Assembly: GCA_965219445.1 (NCBI GenBank)
Contig: CBDCNQ010000005.1
Location: 1,216,001-1,280,000, forward strand
DNA: 64,000 nucleotides
Direction of reading: 5' to 3'
DNA from: Longimicrobiales bacterium
Lineage (GTDB): Bacteria; Gemmatimonadota; Gemmatimonadetes; Longimicrobiales; Gaopeijiaceae
Made by a program: the position numbers and the translations under genes. Shown piece by piece: positions 9,755 through 22,370 of this stretch (within the stretch, counting starts at the first letter, position 1; each line of letters starts with the position of its first letter). The notes under the pieces were generated by a model. That model was not told the origin of the DNA and ran no database searches. It saw nothing but the letters and a program-made list of their open reading frames with translations.

Positions 9755-9958
9755 ATGTGGGAGACTCGATCTGTGCAGATTTCCGTCCGACTTCCGCATG
9801 ATATAGCAGAACAGGCTGAGGAAGTGCAGAAGGTAGATCCGGAATTCTTGAGCCGGGTCGTGCTCTATGGTCTCACCCGCCGATCGATCTATCACCAGCT
9901 GCGTGAGCGCAGCTTGGACCAACCTACAGACGCCGTCACCGCCCCACGCGCCAGTTAA
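9755..9958 (+). CDS. Small protein, ribbon-helix-helix-like regulator candidate
   Basis: GGAGAAG RBS; alternating strand SVQISVRLP followed by two predicted helices. Confidence 0.55.
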   Translation: MWETRSVQISVRLPHDIAEQAEEVQKVDPEFLSRVVLYGLTRRSIYHQLRERSLDQPTDAVTAPRAS

Positions 9959-10064
9959 GGGGCTTGACTCTCCCGGTGCACCCCAATAAGAACTAGGGGC
10001 AAGTAGGGCAGCTACTTGCACGCCGAAGGCCGGCGTGCGCGCGTGTAGTGCTGGGAGGGACGAC

Positions 10065-10409
10065 ATGAGCGACGCCCGGCCGAAAAAGCCCCAAGAAGGC
10101 AACGGTGAATTGGCGGAACGCGTTCTCCGGGCAAAGTATCTGGACTACTGTTCCTCTCAAGTCGCCGAGCATCTACTCAGGCTTTCGCCGGACGAGATCT
10201 ACGTCCTTGCGCAGGAGGCGCTTCGTGCGGGCGGGCGGGAAAGTGAGCCCTCCTACGAGGAGATGGTGCGATTGGCAACCGAGGGTGTCGCTCAACGCCT
10301 CACGCTTCCCCCGTTCGCGGAGTGGGCCGAAGAATACAAGCGGGACCCAGGCCGGTACGACCATCAGCTGATCGGTCTTTGGCAAAGCGAGCTGGACGAG
10401 TCGTCGTAG
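10065..10409 (+). CDS. Hypothetical protein, stand-alone domain A
   Basis: GGGAGG RBS; LRAKYLDYCSSQV...LPPFAEWAEEY. Confidence 0.8.
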   Translation: MSDARPKKPQEGNGELAERVLRAKYLDYCSSQVAEHLLRLSPDEIYVLAQEALRAGGRESEPSYEEMVRLATEGVAQRLTLPPFAEWAEEYKRDPGRYDHQLIGLWQSELDESS

Positions 10410-10423
10410 TGTCGTGTCCCGGT

Positions 10424-10855
10424 TTAGAACGGCAGGTCGTCGTCCGGTTCGGAGATCGGCGCCGCCGGCGACGAGATGGGATCGTCCTGAGCGTCGCCGC
10501 CGCGGCCACCTCCACCTCCACCGGGAGTCGACCCGAGCATGACCATCTCGGTCACGATAATATCGGTCCAGTATCTCTTCTGACCGTCCTTTTCTGTTTC
10601 TGAATATTCGACGCGCCCTTCGACGTAGAGTCGGTCCCCCTTCTTTACCCATTGATCGACGATGTCGACGAGGCGGCCGAAGAAAGTCAGGCGGTGCCAC
10701 TCGGTCTTCTCCTTCTGCTGCCCAGAGCCGTCCTTCCACTGGCGGTTCGTGGCCAGCGACACCTTCGCTACTTGGTTACCCGAAGAGGTGGCTCGGACGT
10801 CAGGGTCGTTTCCCACGTTTCCGATGAGCATGACCTTGTTGAGGGACCGACTCAT
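10424..10855 (-). CDS. ssb: Single-stranded DNA-binding protein
   Basis: LNKVMLIGNVGNDP, TEWHR, C-terminal DDDLPF. Confidence 0.97.
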   Translation of the reverse strand: MSRSLNKVMLIGNVGNDPDVRATSSGNQVAKVSLATNRQWKDGSGQQKEKTEWHRLTFFGRLVDIVDQWVKKGDRLYVEGRVEYSETEKDGQKRYWTDIIVTEMVMLGSTPGGGGGGRGGDAQDDPISSPAAPISEPDDDLPF

Positions 10856-11039
10856 TATCGTGCGCTCCTTGGAGATTGATACAGGGTGCCGCACCACTTC
10901 GGCCGTGCGGCGCCACAAGGTACGAAGGGCTCTGAGCGGGCGCTATGGGCGGCTGGCGCCTTCTGAACGGCCCTCCTAGCTTTTGCCTGATGGGCCCCCA
11001 CCCGGGTGCCTTCCTACCATGGAGCTGGCCGAACTTGCG

Positions 11040-11825
11040 ATGAGTGATCTTCAGTACCTTCGAGTGGAGTGGGACGGGGAGCTGGCGATGGTCGTGATCG
11101 ACCGAACCGAGAAACTCAACGCCCTGAATACGGAGGTCATTCGCGAGCTAGGCGACGTGTTTCGTGACCTCAGGGACGATGACGATGTCCTGGGAGTGAT
11201 CCTGACTGGGGCAGGTGAGAAAGCCTTTGTCGCCGGTGGGGACATTGGTGAACTCGCTCAGCTAACGCCGCTCACCGGCGTGACGGAAAGCCGAGAGGGG
11301 CAGCGGATTCTTACGGAGATCGAGCGTTTTCCGAAGCCCGTTCTCGCTGCGGTTGGAGGGTATGCGTTGGGTGGCGGATGCGAGCTGGCCCTCGCGTGCC
11401 ACCTGCGAGTCGCCAGCGAAAATGCCCGTTTTGGGCTTCCCGAGGTGGGGCTCGGCACCATACCCGGGTACGGCGGCACGATGAGGCTCGCCAAAGTGGT
11501 GGGGCTCGGTCTTGCGGTAGAGATGATCCTGACCGGCGCCATGGTCGATGCGGAGAGGGCCGAGCGCATCGGGCTGGTGAGCGCCGTCTATCCCCAAACG
11601 GCGCTCCTCGATCAGGCGAAGGCGTTTATTCGCGGAGTCACGAAGAACGGCCCGGTCGCGGTTCGCATGGCGCTGGAGTCCATTTACTTGGCCCAAAATA
11701 CGGCCCCGGCGGACGCCGCGAGCTTCGAATCCGCACTGTTCGGACTACTCGCTTCCACCACCGACATGAAAGAGGGAATGACGGCCTTTCTCGAGAAGCG
11801 AAAGGCGACGTTCAAGGGCGAATAG
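11040..11825 (+). CDS. Enoyl-CoA hydratase/crotonase
   Basis: KLNALN, AFVAGGDI, ALGGGCELALAC, FGLPEVGLG. Confidence 0.93.
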   Translation: MSDLQYLRVEWDGELAMVVIDRTEKLNALNTEVIRELGDVFRDLRDDDDVLGVILTGAGEKAFVAGGDIGELAQLTPLTGVTESREGQRILTEIERFPKPVLAAVGGYALGGGCELALACHLRVASENARFGLPEVGLGTIPGYGGTMRLAKVVGLGLAVEMILTGAMVDAERAERIGLVSAVYPQTALLDQAKAFIRGVTKNGPVAVRMALESIYLAQNTAPADAASFESALFGLLASTTDMKEGMTAFLEKRKATFKGE

Positions 11826-11907
11826 CCTGGGCCGGCGAGGGTGGTTTTAGAGCCCTTGGACGGTTAAATTTTTCTATGTTCTCGAGGCTTTTCCTGGCAT
11901 CTGTTCC

Positions 11908-13032
11908 TTGCACCTGAGCGTGCTGAAACTACGGCTTTTTCGCAACCTCGGGGACCAGGAGCTTTCCTTCCCTCCAGAGGGCGTGGCGGTCATCGGCGCG
12001 AACGCTCATGGGAAGTCGAACCTACTCGAGGCCATCTACTATCTGGAGACGTTCCGCTCGTTTCGGGGCGCTCGTGTGGAGCACCTCATCGCGTTCGGGG
12101 AGGATGTCTTCCGGGTAGCCGGTCGGGTGGTTTCCGCGAACGATCTCGAGGGCTCACCGACCGAGATTGCGGCGGCGTACGAGGGATCGAGTCGCCGGCG
12201 GAGGGTGACCATCGACGGTGCGGAGCCGAACCGCATCGGGGATGCGATCGGGAGGTTGGGCGCCGTGATTTTCTCGCCGGCCGATGTGGGCATCGTCAAC
12301 GACGGACCGGTCCGCCGCCGGCGATTCCTGGACGTAGCGCTTTCATTGAACGAGGAAGGCTACTTGGTGGCTCTTCAGGCCTTCCGGCACGCGCTGGCCC
12401 AGCGAAACGCGGCTCTCCGTACCGATCAGCTCGAGGCGACGGTGCGGGCGTGGGACGAGCCCCTCGCCCGGAGTGCCGGGACCGTCATGGGGGCTCGGTA
12501 CCGATGGATCGCTGAATGGCGGGACGCCTTCCGCGGATACTACGAAGACGTGAGCGGACGTGACTCGGCGACGATGACCTACGTGCCCAAGGTTTCCGTG
12601 AGCGACTGGCATGACAATGGCATTTATGGGGCGGTCCGAAGCGCTCTGGACGACCGTTGGGCTGTCGATCTCCGGCGGAAGACTACGAGTGCCGGACCCC
12701 ATCGGGATGAACTCCTGCTCGCGCTCGTACACGGCGAGAGCGAGGTCGAGGTGAGGGAGTTCGGTTCTGGAGGGCAACGCCGGACGGTGGCCCTAGCACT
12801 CCGATTGGTAGAAGGGGATGCCATCCGCAGGGCGAGGGATAGTGCCCCGGTTCTCCTTCTCGACGACGCGTTTGCCGAGTTGGACGACGCTAGGAGGGAG
12901 AGGGTTCTCGGGCTGATGGGGCGAGGCCGCTTCGGTCAGGTCATCCTCACGGCGCCCAAGGCGAGCGACGTCCCCCTCCACGGAGATGTGCTTCCGCGAT
13001 GGGGCATCGACAATGGACGGATCTGCGCGTGA
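11908..13032 (+). CDS. recF: DNA replication/repair protein RecF
   Basis: GANAHGKSNLLEAIY, RRRFLD, GPHRD, GSGGQRR, LLLDDAFAELD. Confidence 0.95.
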   Translation: MHLSVLKLRLFRNLGDQELSFPPEGVAVIGANAHGKSNLLEAIYYLETFRSFRGARVEHLIAFGEDVFRVAGRVVSANDLEGSPTEIAAAYEGSSRRRRVTIDGAEPNRIGDAIGRLGAVIFSPADVGIVNDGPVRRRRFLDVALSLNEEGYLVALQAFRHALAQRNAALRTDQLEATVRAWDEPLARSAGTVMGARYRWIAEWRDAFRGYYEDVSGRDSATMTYVPKVSVSDWHDNGIYGAVRSALDDRWAVDLRRKTTSAGPHRDELLLALVHGESEVEVREFGSGGQRRTVALALRLVEGDAIRRARDSAPVLLLDDAFAELDDARRERVLGLMGRGRFGQVILTAPKASDVPLHGDVLPRWGIDNGRICA

Positions 13033-13343
13033 ACAACGTTGGGCCGACGCGGGTGGCGGATCTCCTCGAAGACGTTTTGGCGAAGCGCGGTGTTGGTGCG
13101 CAGATCCAGAGGATTGGTGCGCTCAACGTCTGGTCGGGTGCGGTCGGCAAGAAAATTGCCGAAGTGACGGAAGTGAAGACGGTGGTAGCGTCGACGCTGT
13201 TTGTTGAAGTCCGGAGCAGCGCGTGGCTCATGGAATTGAGCCTCATGAAGGAGGCCCTGTTGGAACGGGTCAATGCGGAGTTGGGAGGGGAGGGGACGAT
13301 CGATCGGATCGTCCTGACGCTGATGGAGGGGGATGGATCGTAA
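13029..13343 (+). CDS. DciA/DUF721 family protein
   Basis: Lies between recF and gyrB; WSGAVGKKIA...TLFVEVRSSAWLMEL. Confidence 0.85.
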   Translation: MNNVGPTRVADLLEDVLAKRGVGAQIQRIGALNVWSGAVGKKIAEVTEVKTVVASTLFVEVRSSAWLMELSLMKEALLERVNAELGGEGTIDRIVLTLMEGDGS

Positions 13344-13396
13344 CCACCGTAATTGGGACGGTTTACGGTCCTGACCCACTAAGGAGTGTGCCGTAG

Positions 13397-15352
<1,956 letters not shown>

Positions 15353-15364
15353 AAGGCTCTTCCG

Positions 15365-15952
15365 GTGACCGACCCCAAGCGCCTCAACATGCAACAGCTC
15401 GTCTCGTACCTGGCTGAGAACGCCGGGCACTGGATCGAGAGTCAGCGTGCCCAGCACCGGGTGCACGCGGACCCTCTGCCCGACACGACCGTGGCCGCCC
15501 TCAGTGGTTTTTTCGCGCAAGGTACGTTGGGTCGGACCAGAGTCAGGCACGTCGCCAGCATAGAGAATCCGCCCTTCTACAGGGAGTTCGAAGAGGCTGG
15601 AGAGGCGTTTCCACTGGACTTCACGGTTTGGGCCGCCATCACGTTCGGGGACGTCATCCTCGTGAACGGTGAGCAGGTGCCAGGGCCGCCGTCCCATTCG
15701 GTTCTCTTCCACGAGATGGTCCATGTGGTGCAGTATGACGTGCTGGGGATCCACGAGTTCGCGCGCCGGTACGTGGAGCCCTTCATACAGAACCGCTTCA
15801 ACTACATGTCCATTCCGCTCGAAACGGTCGCATTCGACCTCCAGGGGCGGTTCGAGGAGTGGAGCGGTGAGCCGTTTTCGGCGGAGGCGGAGATTCGTTC
15901 GAGAATCGGTGCGCCGGGGCTTCCTTACGCCGGGAGTGGAAGGCCGGACTAG
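15365..15952 (+). CDS. Hypothetical zincin-like protein (DUF4157-like)
   Basis: AITFGDVI...LFHEMVHVVQY...PLETVA (HExxH plus downstream Glu). Confidence 0.6.
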   Translation: MTDPKRLNMQQLVSYLAENAGHWIESQRAQHRVHADPLPDTTVAALSGFFAQGTLGRTRVRHVASIENPPFYREFEEAGEAFPLDFTVWAAITFGDVILVNGEQVPGPPSHSVLFHEMVHVVQYDVLGIHEFARRYVEPFIQNRFNYMSIPLETVAFDLQGRFEEWSGEPFSAEAEIRSRIGAPGLPYAGSGRPD

Positions 15953-15957
15953 AGCCA

Positions 15958-16754
15958 ATGCCAGATGGCCGCGGACTCTCGGATCGAACGGGACACGTGT
16001 GTGTCATCGGGGCGGGTAGCTCTGGGCTGACGGCGGCCAAGAACTTCAAGGTGGCCGGATTCGAGGTCGAGGTTCTCGAGGCCTGTGCCGATCTGGGGGG
16101 AAACTGGAACTACGACTCCCCGGCGTCGCGAGTGTACCGCTCCACGCATACGATCTCCTCGAAACCCGGCACTGAGTATCCTGATCATCCCATGCCGGCC
16201 GAGTATCCGGATTATCCGCACCACGCGAAGATCCTCGCGTACCTGAGAGGGTATGCCGGCCACTTCGATCTCGAACGTCTCATCGAATACGAGACACGGG
16301 TTGAACGAGTGGAGCCGTCGACCGAGTCGGGGCCCTCGGGCGACGCCTGATGGGGAAGCGCGTGCTCGTCGTGGGAGGCGGAAATTCCGGGTGCGACATC
16401 GTGGTCGAAGCTGCGCACAAAGCGGGCGCGGCGTTCCACAGCACGCGGCGGTGGTATCACTACGTCCCCAAGTATCTCTGGGGTCGGCCCTCGGATCAGG
16501 TCGCCGACCTGATGCACGCGTTTCGCATTCCCATGCGGATTCAGCGGATGGTTGGGATGATTTCGTTGCGGCTGGCCCGAGGCCCACAACGGAAGCTCGG
16601 CCTACCTGAACCGGATCACCGCCTCTTCGAAACCCACCCGATCGTCAACACGCTGCTCCCGTACTTCGTGCAGCACGGGGCGATCATTCCCAAGCCGGAC
16701 ATCGACAGGCTCGCCGGGCGACGAGTGCACTTCGTGGACGGTGCGGCGCCTTAG
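15958..16754 (+). pseudogene. Flavin-containing monooxygenase, internally deleted and truncated
   Basis: FAD motif IGAGSSG...GGNW in the first fragment and NADP motif VVGGGNSGCD in the second; the intervening segment and C-terminus are absent. Confidence 0.8.
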
Positions 16755-18448
16755 CCGTTCCAGAGCGGTCCAGCGATCTGCAGCACGTATATCGCTATGA
16801 GCCCCAACACACCGATCACCGTCAAATAGTAGATCGTCGGGAGAATGGTCTTCCGCAGTGTGGAACCCTCTCGTCCCAGGAGCCCCACCGTCGCCGATGC
16901 GGCGACGACGTTGTGAATCGCGATCATGTTCCCTGCCGCTGCTCCCACGGCCTGAAGGGCCACGATCATGGAACTCGAGATGGCCAAGCGCGCCGCCACC
17001 CCGTGTTGGAACGCCGCGAACATGAGGTTGCTCACCGTGTTCGAACCGGCGATAAAGGCGCCCAAGGCCCCGGTCACGCCCGCGAAGAGCGGCCAGATGC
17101 CCCCAACGGTGTCCGCGACCCATCCCGCCATCGTGAGCGGCATCGAGGCGAGGCCCGAGGTGTTTACCCCCGAATTGATGTAGACGCGGACCATGGGCAC
17201 GGTAAAGATGAGCACGAAGCCGGCCCCCAGAAGGACCCGGCTCGAGTCGGCGAACGCTCTCTTGAGAGCCGCTCCGCTCATGCGGTGCAACAGCGCCGTG
17301 ATTCCGACCACAACGATCAGAATCGTCCCCGGCAGATAGAGTGGCGTGGTCACCGCGCTCACCGACGTTCCGAAGATCTCCGGCCATTCGATGCTGAAGC
17401 TCCTGAGGGCCTCTCCGAGAGGGAGCCATGGAAGGCGGCTCAGGACCAGAAGAATTGCCAACAAGAGGTAGGGAACCCACGCCTTGCCGGCCGACATCTC
17501 CGGGTGCTCTCCCATTTCCTCCGAGCTCACTTCGAGGCCGCTCACCCACTCCGACGGCCATTGGTCCGAAGCAGGAAAGTCCCAGGTGTCTTTCGGGAGC
17601 AGGAACCCCTTTCGCGCCGCGGAGGACACGATCGCGAGCCCCACGAGGCCTCCCAAGAGCGAGGGAAACTCGGGCCCGAAGATCCAGGCGGTCAAGAAGT
17701 AGGGGATAGTGAACGCCACTCCGCCGAACAGCGCAAAGGGTACCACCGTCAGCCCTTCGGTCCACGACTTCCGCGCCCCGAAGAAGCGGGTCATCATGAC
17801 GACCATAAAGATGGGCATGACCGTTCCGGTGATCGCATGGAGGCCGGCGGCGCGGATAGCCACGGCCCGCACGTACTCGGTGAGCGTTGCGCCTGAGGCG
17901 GCCAGCGCAGTCGTAAATTCAGGGCTCACCACACCTCCTTGGACACCCACCAAAACCGGAGTGCCCACCGCGCCAAACGTCACAGCCGTGCTCTGGATCA
18001 TCATGCCCAACATCACTGCGCCGGCTGCGGGAAAGCCCATGGCGACCATGAGGGGGGCGGCCACGGCGGCCGGGGTCCCGAATCCGGCGGCGCCCTCGAT
18101 GAAGGATCCAAAAAGCCAGGCGATGATGACGACTTGCACCCGGCGATCGTCGCTGATGTCGTGGAAGCTCCTCCGAATCGAGGCCACGCCCCCCGACCGC
18201 TCGAGTGTGTTCAGGAGCAGGATGGCCCCGAAGATGATCAATAGGAGGTCGAACGTGAGAAAGAGCCCTTGGATCGAGGAGGCCCAAACGTCCATGGACG
18301 GCATGTTCCAGACGTTCAGGGCGATGACGACCGCCGTTACGTAGACCATCGGCATGGCCCACTTGGCTGGAATGCGGAAGCCTACGAGGAGGACACCACC
18401 GAGAAGGATGGGTAGGGCGGCAAGGGCGGCTAGGGTTGCGGGGCTCAC
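16751..18448 (-). CDS. lctP: L-lactate permease
   Basis: [53 protein letters not shown]. Confidence 0.93.
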   Translation of the reverse strand: MSPATLAALAALPILLGGVLLVGFRIPAKWAMPMVYVTAVVIALNVWNMPSMDVWASSIQGLFLTFDLLLIIFGAILLLNTLERSGGVASIRRSFHDISDDRRVQVVIIAWLFGSFIEGAAGFGTPAAVAAPLMVAMGFPAAGAVMLGMMIQSTAVTFGAVGTPVLVGVQGGVVSPEFTTALAASGATLTEYVRAVAIRAAGLHAITGTVMPIFMVVMMTRFFGARKSWTEGLTVVPFALFGGVAFTIPYFLTAWIFGPEFPSLLGGLVGLAIVSSAARKGFLLPKDTWDFPASDQWPSEWVSGLEVSSEEMGEHPEMSAGKAWVPYLLLAILLVLSRLPWLPLGEALRSFSIEWPEIFGTSVSAVTTPLYLPGTILIVVVGITALLHRMSGAALKRAFADSSRVLLGAGFVLIFTVPMVRVYINSGVNTSGLASMPLTMAGWVADTVGGIWPLFAGVTGALGAFIAGSNTVSNLMFAAFQHGVAARLAISSSMIVALQAVGAAAGNMIAIHNVVAASATVGLLGREGSTLRKTILPTIYYLTVIGVLGLIAIYVLQIAGPLWNG

Positions 18449-18762
18449 GGGGGCTCCTTTGCCTTTTGGGGATCGACCCCGGTCGGCGATCCGACCCGGG
18501 CCGCGCTCAGACGCCTTGCAGGATCCGGCGCCTCGGCACTCTTCGGTGGCTCGCGAACTTCTCGGACACCTCACTAGCGGCCCACGCTTTCGGACCGACC
18601 GGACAACATGAGGCGGCGGGAGAGTTAGGAAAAGACCGGCCTTGGTCGCCGGGGGAGACAGGCCAGTGGCGCTCTGGCTTGGCGGATGTCGTAGCGACCG
18701 CCTATCTTCGGCCCGGCGACTCCGCCCGTGAGCGTCTTCTCGCCCTTGGATAGGACATCCCC

Positions 18763-21025
18763 ATGGAGCACAATCCGGACGCCCCCTGGTACCGCCGATT
18801 ACACTGGCAGGTGCTGATGGCCATGGCCGTCGGTGCGTTGGTTGGAGCCGTGTTCGGCGAGCCGGTGGCGGATCGGGTCGGATGGATCGGCGATCTGTTC
18901 ATGCAACTGCTCCGGATGATCATCGTGCCCCTGGTGTTGACGTCGATCATTTCGCGGATGGCCATCCTCGAGGAGGAGGATGCACGCGGCTCGGGAGCGT
19001 CCGGGATCGAATCACTTCGCCAGGGACTCATCGCGCCCGAGGCCGAGCTTCAGCGGCTGGCGGTGCGCGCCATCGGGCGCCTAGAGGATTCCGAGCTGAT
19101 CCCGCTGACATTCCCGCTCCTCTTCTCCAACGACGAAGCGGTCCGAGCCGAGGCCGTCAACGCGGTGGGGCAGGCGGCGCTTGGGACACTTGGTGACGAC
19201 GTCGCCGATGTTCTTTTCGAGTACCTCGTTCGGGAACGTCAGGAGGGTCCGGCTGTACGCGGGGCGATCGGTCGGACATTGGGACGCCTTCGTTACGCGG
19301 ATGCGGACCGCTTTCGGCGCGCCGAAGAGACACTGGTCGAGTTGACGGGCGACGGGAATGCGGATGCGCCACTCGTGACCCTCATGGGTGCCGTCATGGG
19401 TTTGGAGTCGATGGCTCGTCGCACCGGACGGGGCAGGATGTCGGAGGCGTCCGTCGAGAGACTTCGCGAGCTGGCCGCCCTCGGCCGTCCGGTCGACGCT
19501 GCGGGGTCCGGTGACGGGGGCGTTGCCGGAGGTGGGGGCGGAGCTCCCGCCGGGACCGGGAATGTCGCGGATCCCCTGCGACTCGGTGACCCGGCCCGCG
19601 TCCGTCGGGTAGCCATGATGGCTTTGCTCACGATCGGTGAGGTGGGGTCGGACCTCCTCGACGGTGCCTTGCGCGACCCGGATCCTGACGTTCGGCGTCT
19701 GGCCGTCATGCTCATCGGGCGTGATCCATCGGCTGAGGTTGCCCCTGAACTCTTGATCGACGCGCTTACCGATCCGTTTCCAAGGGTCCGCGCGGAGGCC
19801 GTCAGGGCGTATGCCGTGCGGGCCCCGGGGGTCCAAGAATGCCCGCTCCTCCTTAGCAACTCCCGGGACGACGATCTCCATGTGGCGCTCGTCGCCCTCG
19901 ATCTCCTCCAACAGACTTGTGAGGATCGGCCGCTGCAGAACGAGTTCCTCACCGGCGCCGCCGCGGGCTTGGAGAATGCCGGCCCGCTGGATTGGCACCG
20001 GGGCGCACACGCCCTCGTGGCCCTGGCCGTGGTATCCCCCGATGAGGCGGCGACCTTGGTAGGCGGCGCGCTGCGGAGCACCAACCCGTTCGTGCGAATG
20101 TACGCTGCGCAGGCAGCGGCCCAGATCGGAAGCACCGACGTGCTCGAGGATCTCACGGCGGATCCGTCTCCCAATGTCCGTACGGTGGCTGTGCAGGGCC
20201 TCTCCGCTATCAGTGGCCACGACAGGGACAGTGTTGCTCGTCGCGCAACTCGAACAGGACGACCCGCAACTTGTGCTGACGGTGGCGGAACTCCTGGAGG
20301 GGACGCCCAATGCAGCTGAGGCCGTGGGTCCGCTCCTCGCCACCTTCACACGACTGTCGCAGGTGCAGCGAGAGACGGCGCGGGATCCCCGCATGGCGCT
20401 TCTCGAGCGTATCAACGAGGTGGGCAGTGTTGAGCAGGCTGCCGAGTTGGAGCCGTACCTCGACGATTACGATTCCGTCGTGGCGGCCCGTGCCGCTGGA
20501 ATTCTGACCGATTGGACCGGTGCGGTACGGGCGGCTCAACCCGCACCGTCCCCAAGACTGGCGCTTCCGTCGGCCGAGGAGATCGAGCGGTTGGCCGGGA
20601 CAAGGGTCATTCTGGAGATGGCGCGGGGAGGGCAAATCGAGATCCGACTTCTGGCCGAGAACGCACCCACGAACGCCGCACGCTTCGCGCGGCTCACCGC
20701 GTCCGGCTACTTCGACGGCCTCACGTTTCACCGGGTCGTGACCAACTTCGTTCTTCAGGGCGGCAGTCCGGCTGACAACGAGTATGCGGGTGTTGCCGAG
20801 TACACCAGGGACGAGGTCGGCCTAATTTCGCACTGGCGGGGGACCGTGGGCACATCCACACGGGGGCGCGACACCGGAGACGGCCAGATCTTCATCAATC
20901 TCGTGGATAATCTCCAACTCGATCATGAGTATACGGTCTTCGGAGAGGTCGTGAGGGGGATGGACGTGGCCGATATGGTGGCCGAAGGCGACATGATCGT
21001 GCGAGCCACGGTCGTCATCCAGTGA
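18763..21025 (+). CDS. HEAT-repeat cyclophilin-type peptidyl-prolyl isomerase with an N-terminal dicarboxylate/amino acid:cation symporter fragment; frameshift near 20233
   Basis: N-terminal [27 protein letters not shown] repeats ([10 protein letters not shown]), C-terminal [13 protein letters not shown]...[11 protein letters not shown]...YTVFG in another frame. Confidence 0.75.
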
Positions 21026-21040
21026 CCGGTGAAATGAGGA

Positions 21041-21724
21041 CTAGAACGGCACGCCTACCGCGTCGCAGAGAAACCCCACGAGGGGCGTCGCGGTTCGAAA
21101 GACTTTGGCGAGCTCCTCGGGAAGCTTTGGGTCGATGATCGTTTTTTGTGGAACCTTGGCTACACCGATGAAGTCCTTCCGCTTGAGATCCTCGACGAGG
21201 GGATGGTCGGGGTCAAATCCCTTGGGCGGCCGCTTCAGCCGGTCACCCTCCAACACATAGGCGTCACGAAAGCGCTTCGCCCCCACGGTTCGTTTCCAGG
21301 TCTGCGGATCCTCGACGATCGCCTCACGGATCTTTCGCAGGCTCGGCGAGTCGGGATGCCACATGCCGGCGCCGGCGAAGCATCCGCCCCGATCTATGTG
21401 GAGGTAGTAGCCTGGCGCATGGGCGTCCTTTCCAAGCTCGTGCCGGAACTGGATGCCGACGGCGGTCTTGTACGGGGTCTTGTCCTTCGAGAACCGGGTG
21501 TCTCTGTGGATTCGAAACATCGAACCGCCGACCGTCCTGGGATCCGACCGGAAGTGTTCACTCAAGTTCTTCAGATGAGCCCCGAAATCGGTGATGAACC
21601 GGATGGCCGGATCCCTCACGTGATCCTCGTAGCGGTGCTTGTTCTGGTGGAACCATTCCCGCTTGTTGTTTTCCGTGAGGTCCTTCAGGAAGGTGAACGT
21701 CGCCTTCGTGAAATATGCTGCCAT
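21041..21724 (-). CDS. DUF2461 (TIGR02453) family protein
   Basis: FLKDLTENNKREWF, FRIHRDTRFSKDKTPYK. Confidence 0.9.
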   Translation of the reverse strand: MAAYFTKATFTFLKDLTENNKREWFHQNKHRYEDHVRDPAIRFITDFGAHLKNLSEHFRSDPRTVGGSMFRIHRDTRFSKDKTPYKTAVGIQFRHELGKDAHAPGYYLHIDRGGCFAGAGMWHPDSPSLRKIREAIVEDPQTWKRTVGAKRFRDAYVLEGDRLKRPPKGFDPDHPLVEDLKRKDFIGVAKVPQKTIIDPKLPEELAKVFRTATPLVGFLCDAVGVPF

Positions 21725-21808
21725 GTCGTTTTCCCATCTGTTAGCGTGGACATCTCGATGATCGCCGAGCTGTGTTGCCGATGATGTCCCACCGTCCTCA
21801 GCGGGCCG

Positions 21809-22321
21809 TCAGGCGTCAAGAGGGTCGGCGCCCCACGTTTGCTTCACGTCGTCGACGAGATCTTCGAACGCGAGCGCGGACATCGCGTCGAGCTGCTGAC
21901 CGACGTCCTCCTCGAGAAGGCTACGTATCAGGGATGTCGGGTGGTCCAGATCCCAATCCACCAAGGGTTCTGGGCCCTCTTCGAGGACCTGGAGGATTCG
22001 AAGGACCAGATAGGCATCATCGAGTAAGCCGGGCAACCCGAGTGTCATCTCCGGCATAAGATCCACGGGGTGGAGGAAGTAACGAATGGCCCGATCGAGA
22101 ATGGGTTGAACGACGTGGGCCAAATTCCGATCTTCGGCCCCCCGCGCGGCGGCCGCCAGAATGAGTGGAATGCTCTCGATGATCTCGAGCAAGACTGACG
22201 CGGCGTCGTCAACCTCCGTATCGGACGCCTCCGGCAGGCGAGCCCGAACGTAAGTGGCCAGCTGATCGGTGCCCCGGGCCTTGGCACTTTCTATGACGGC
22301 GTGGATCTCTTCGAGATTCAC
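21809..22321 (-). CDS. YkvA/DUF1232-like protein
   Basis: YFLHPVDLMPE...GLLDDAY. Confidence 0.7.
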   Translation of the reverse strand: MNLEEIHAVIESAKARGTDQLATYVRARLPEASDTEVDDAASVLLEIIESIPLILAAAARGAEDRNLAHVVQPILDRAIRYFLHPVDLMPEMTLGLPGLLDDAYLVLRILQVLEEGPEPLVDWDLDHPTSLIRSLLEEDVGQQLDAMSALAFEDLVDDVKQTWGADPLDA

Positions 22322-22370
22322 GGCCGCAGCTCCAGGGTGATGCTCAAGACCGTGCTCCCCGGCGTCATCC

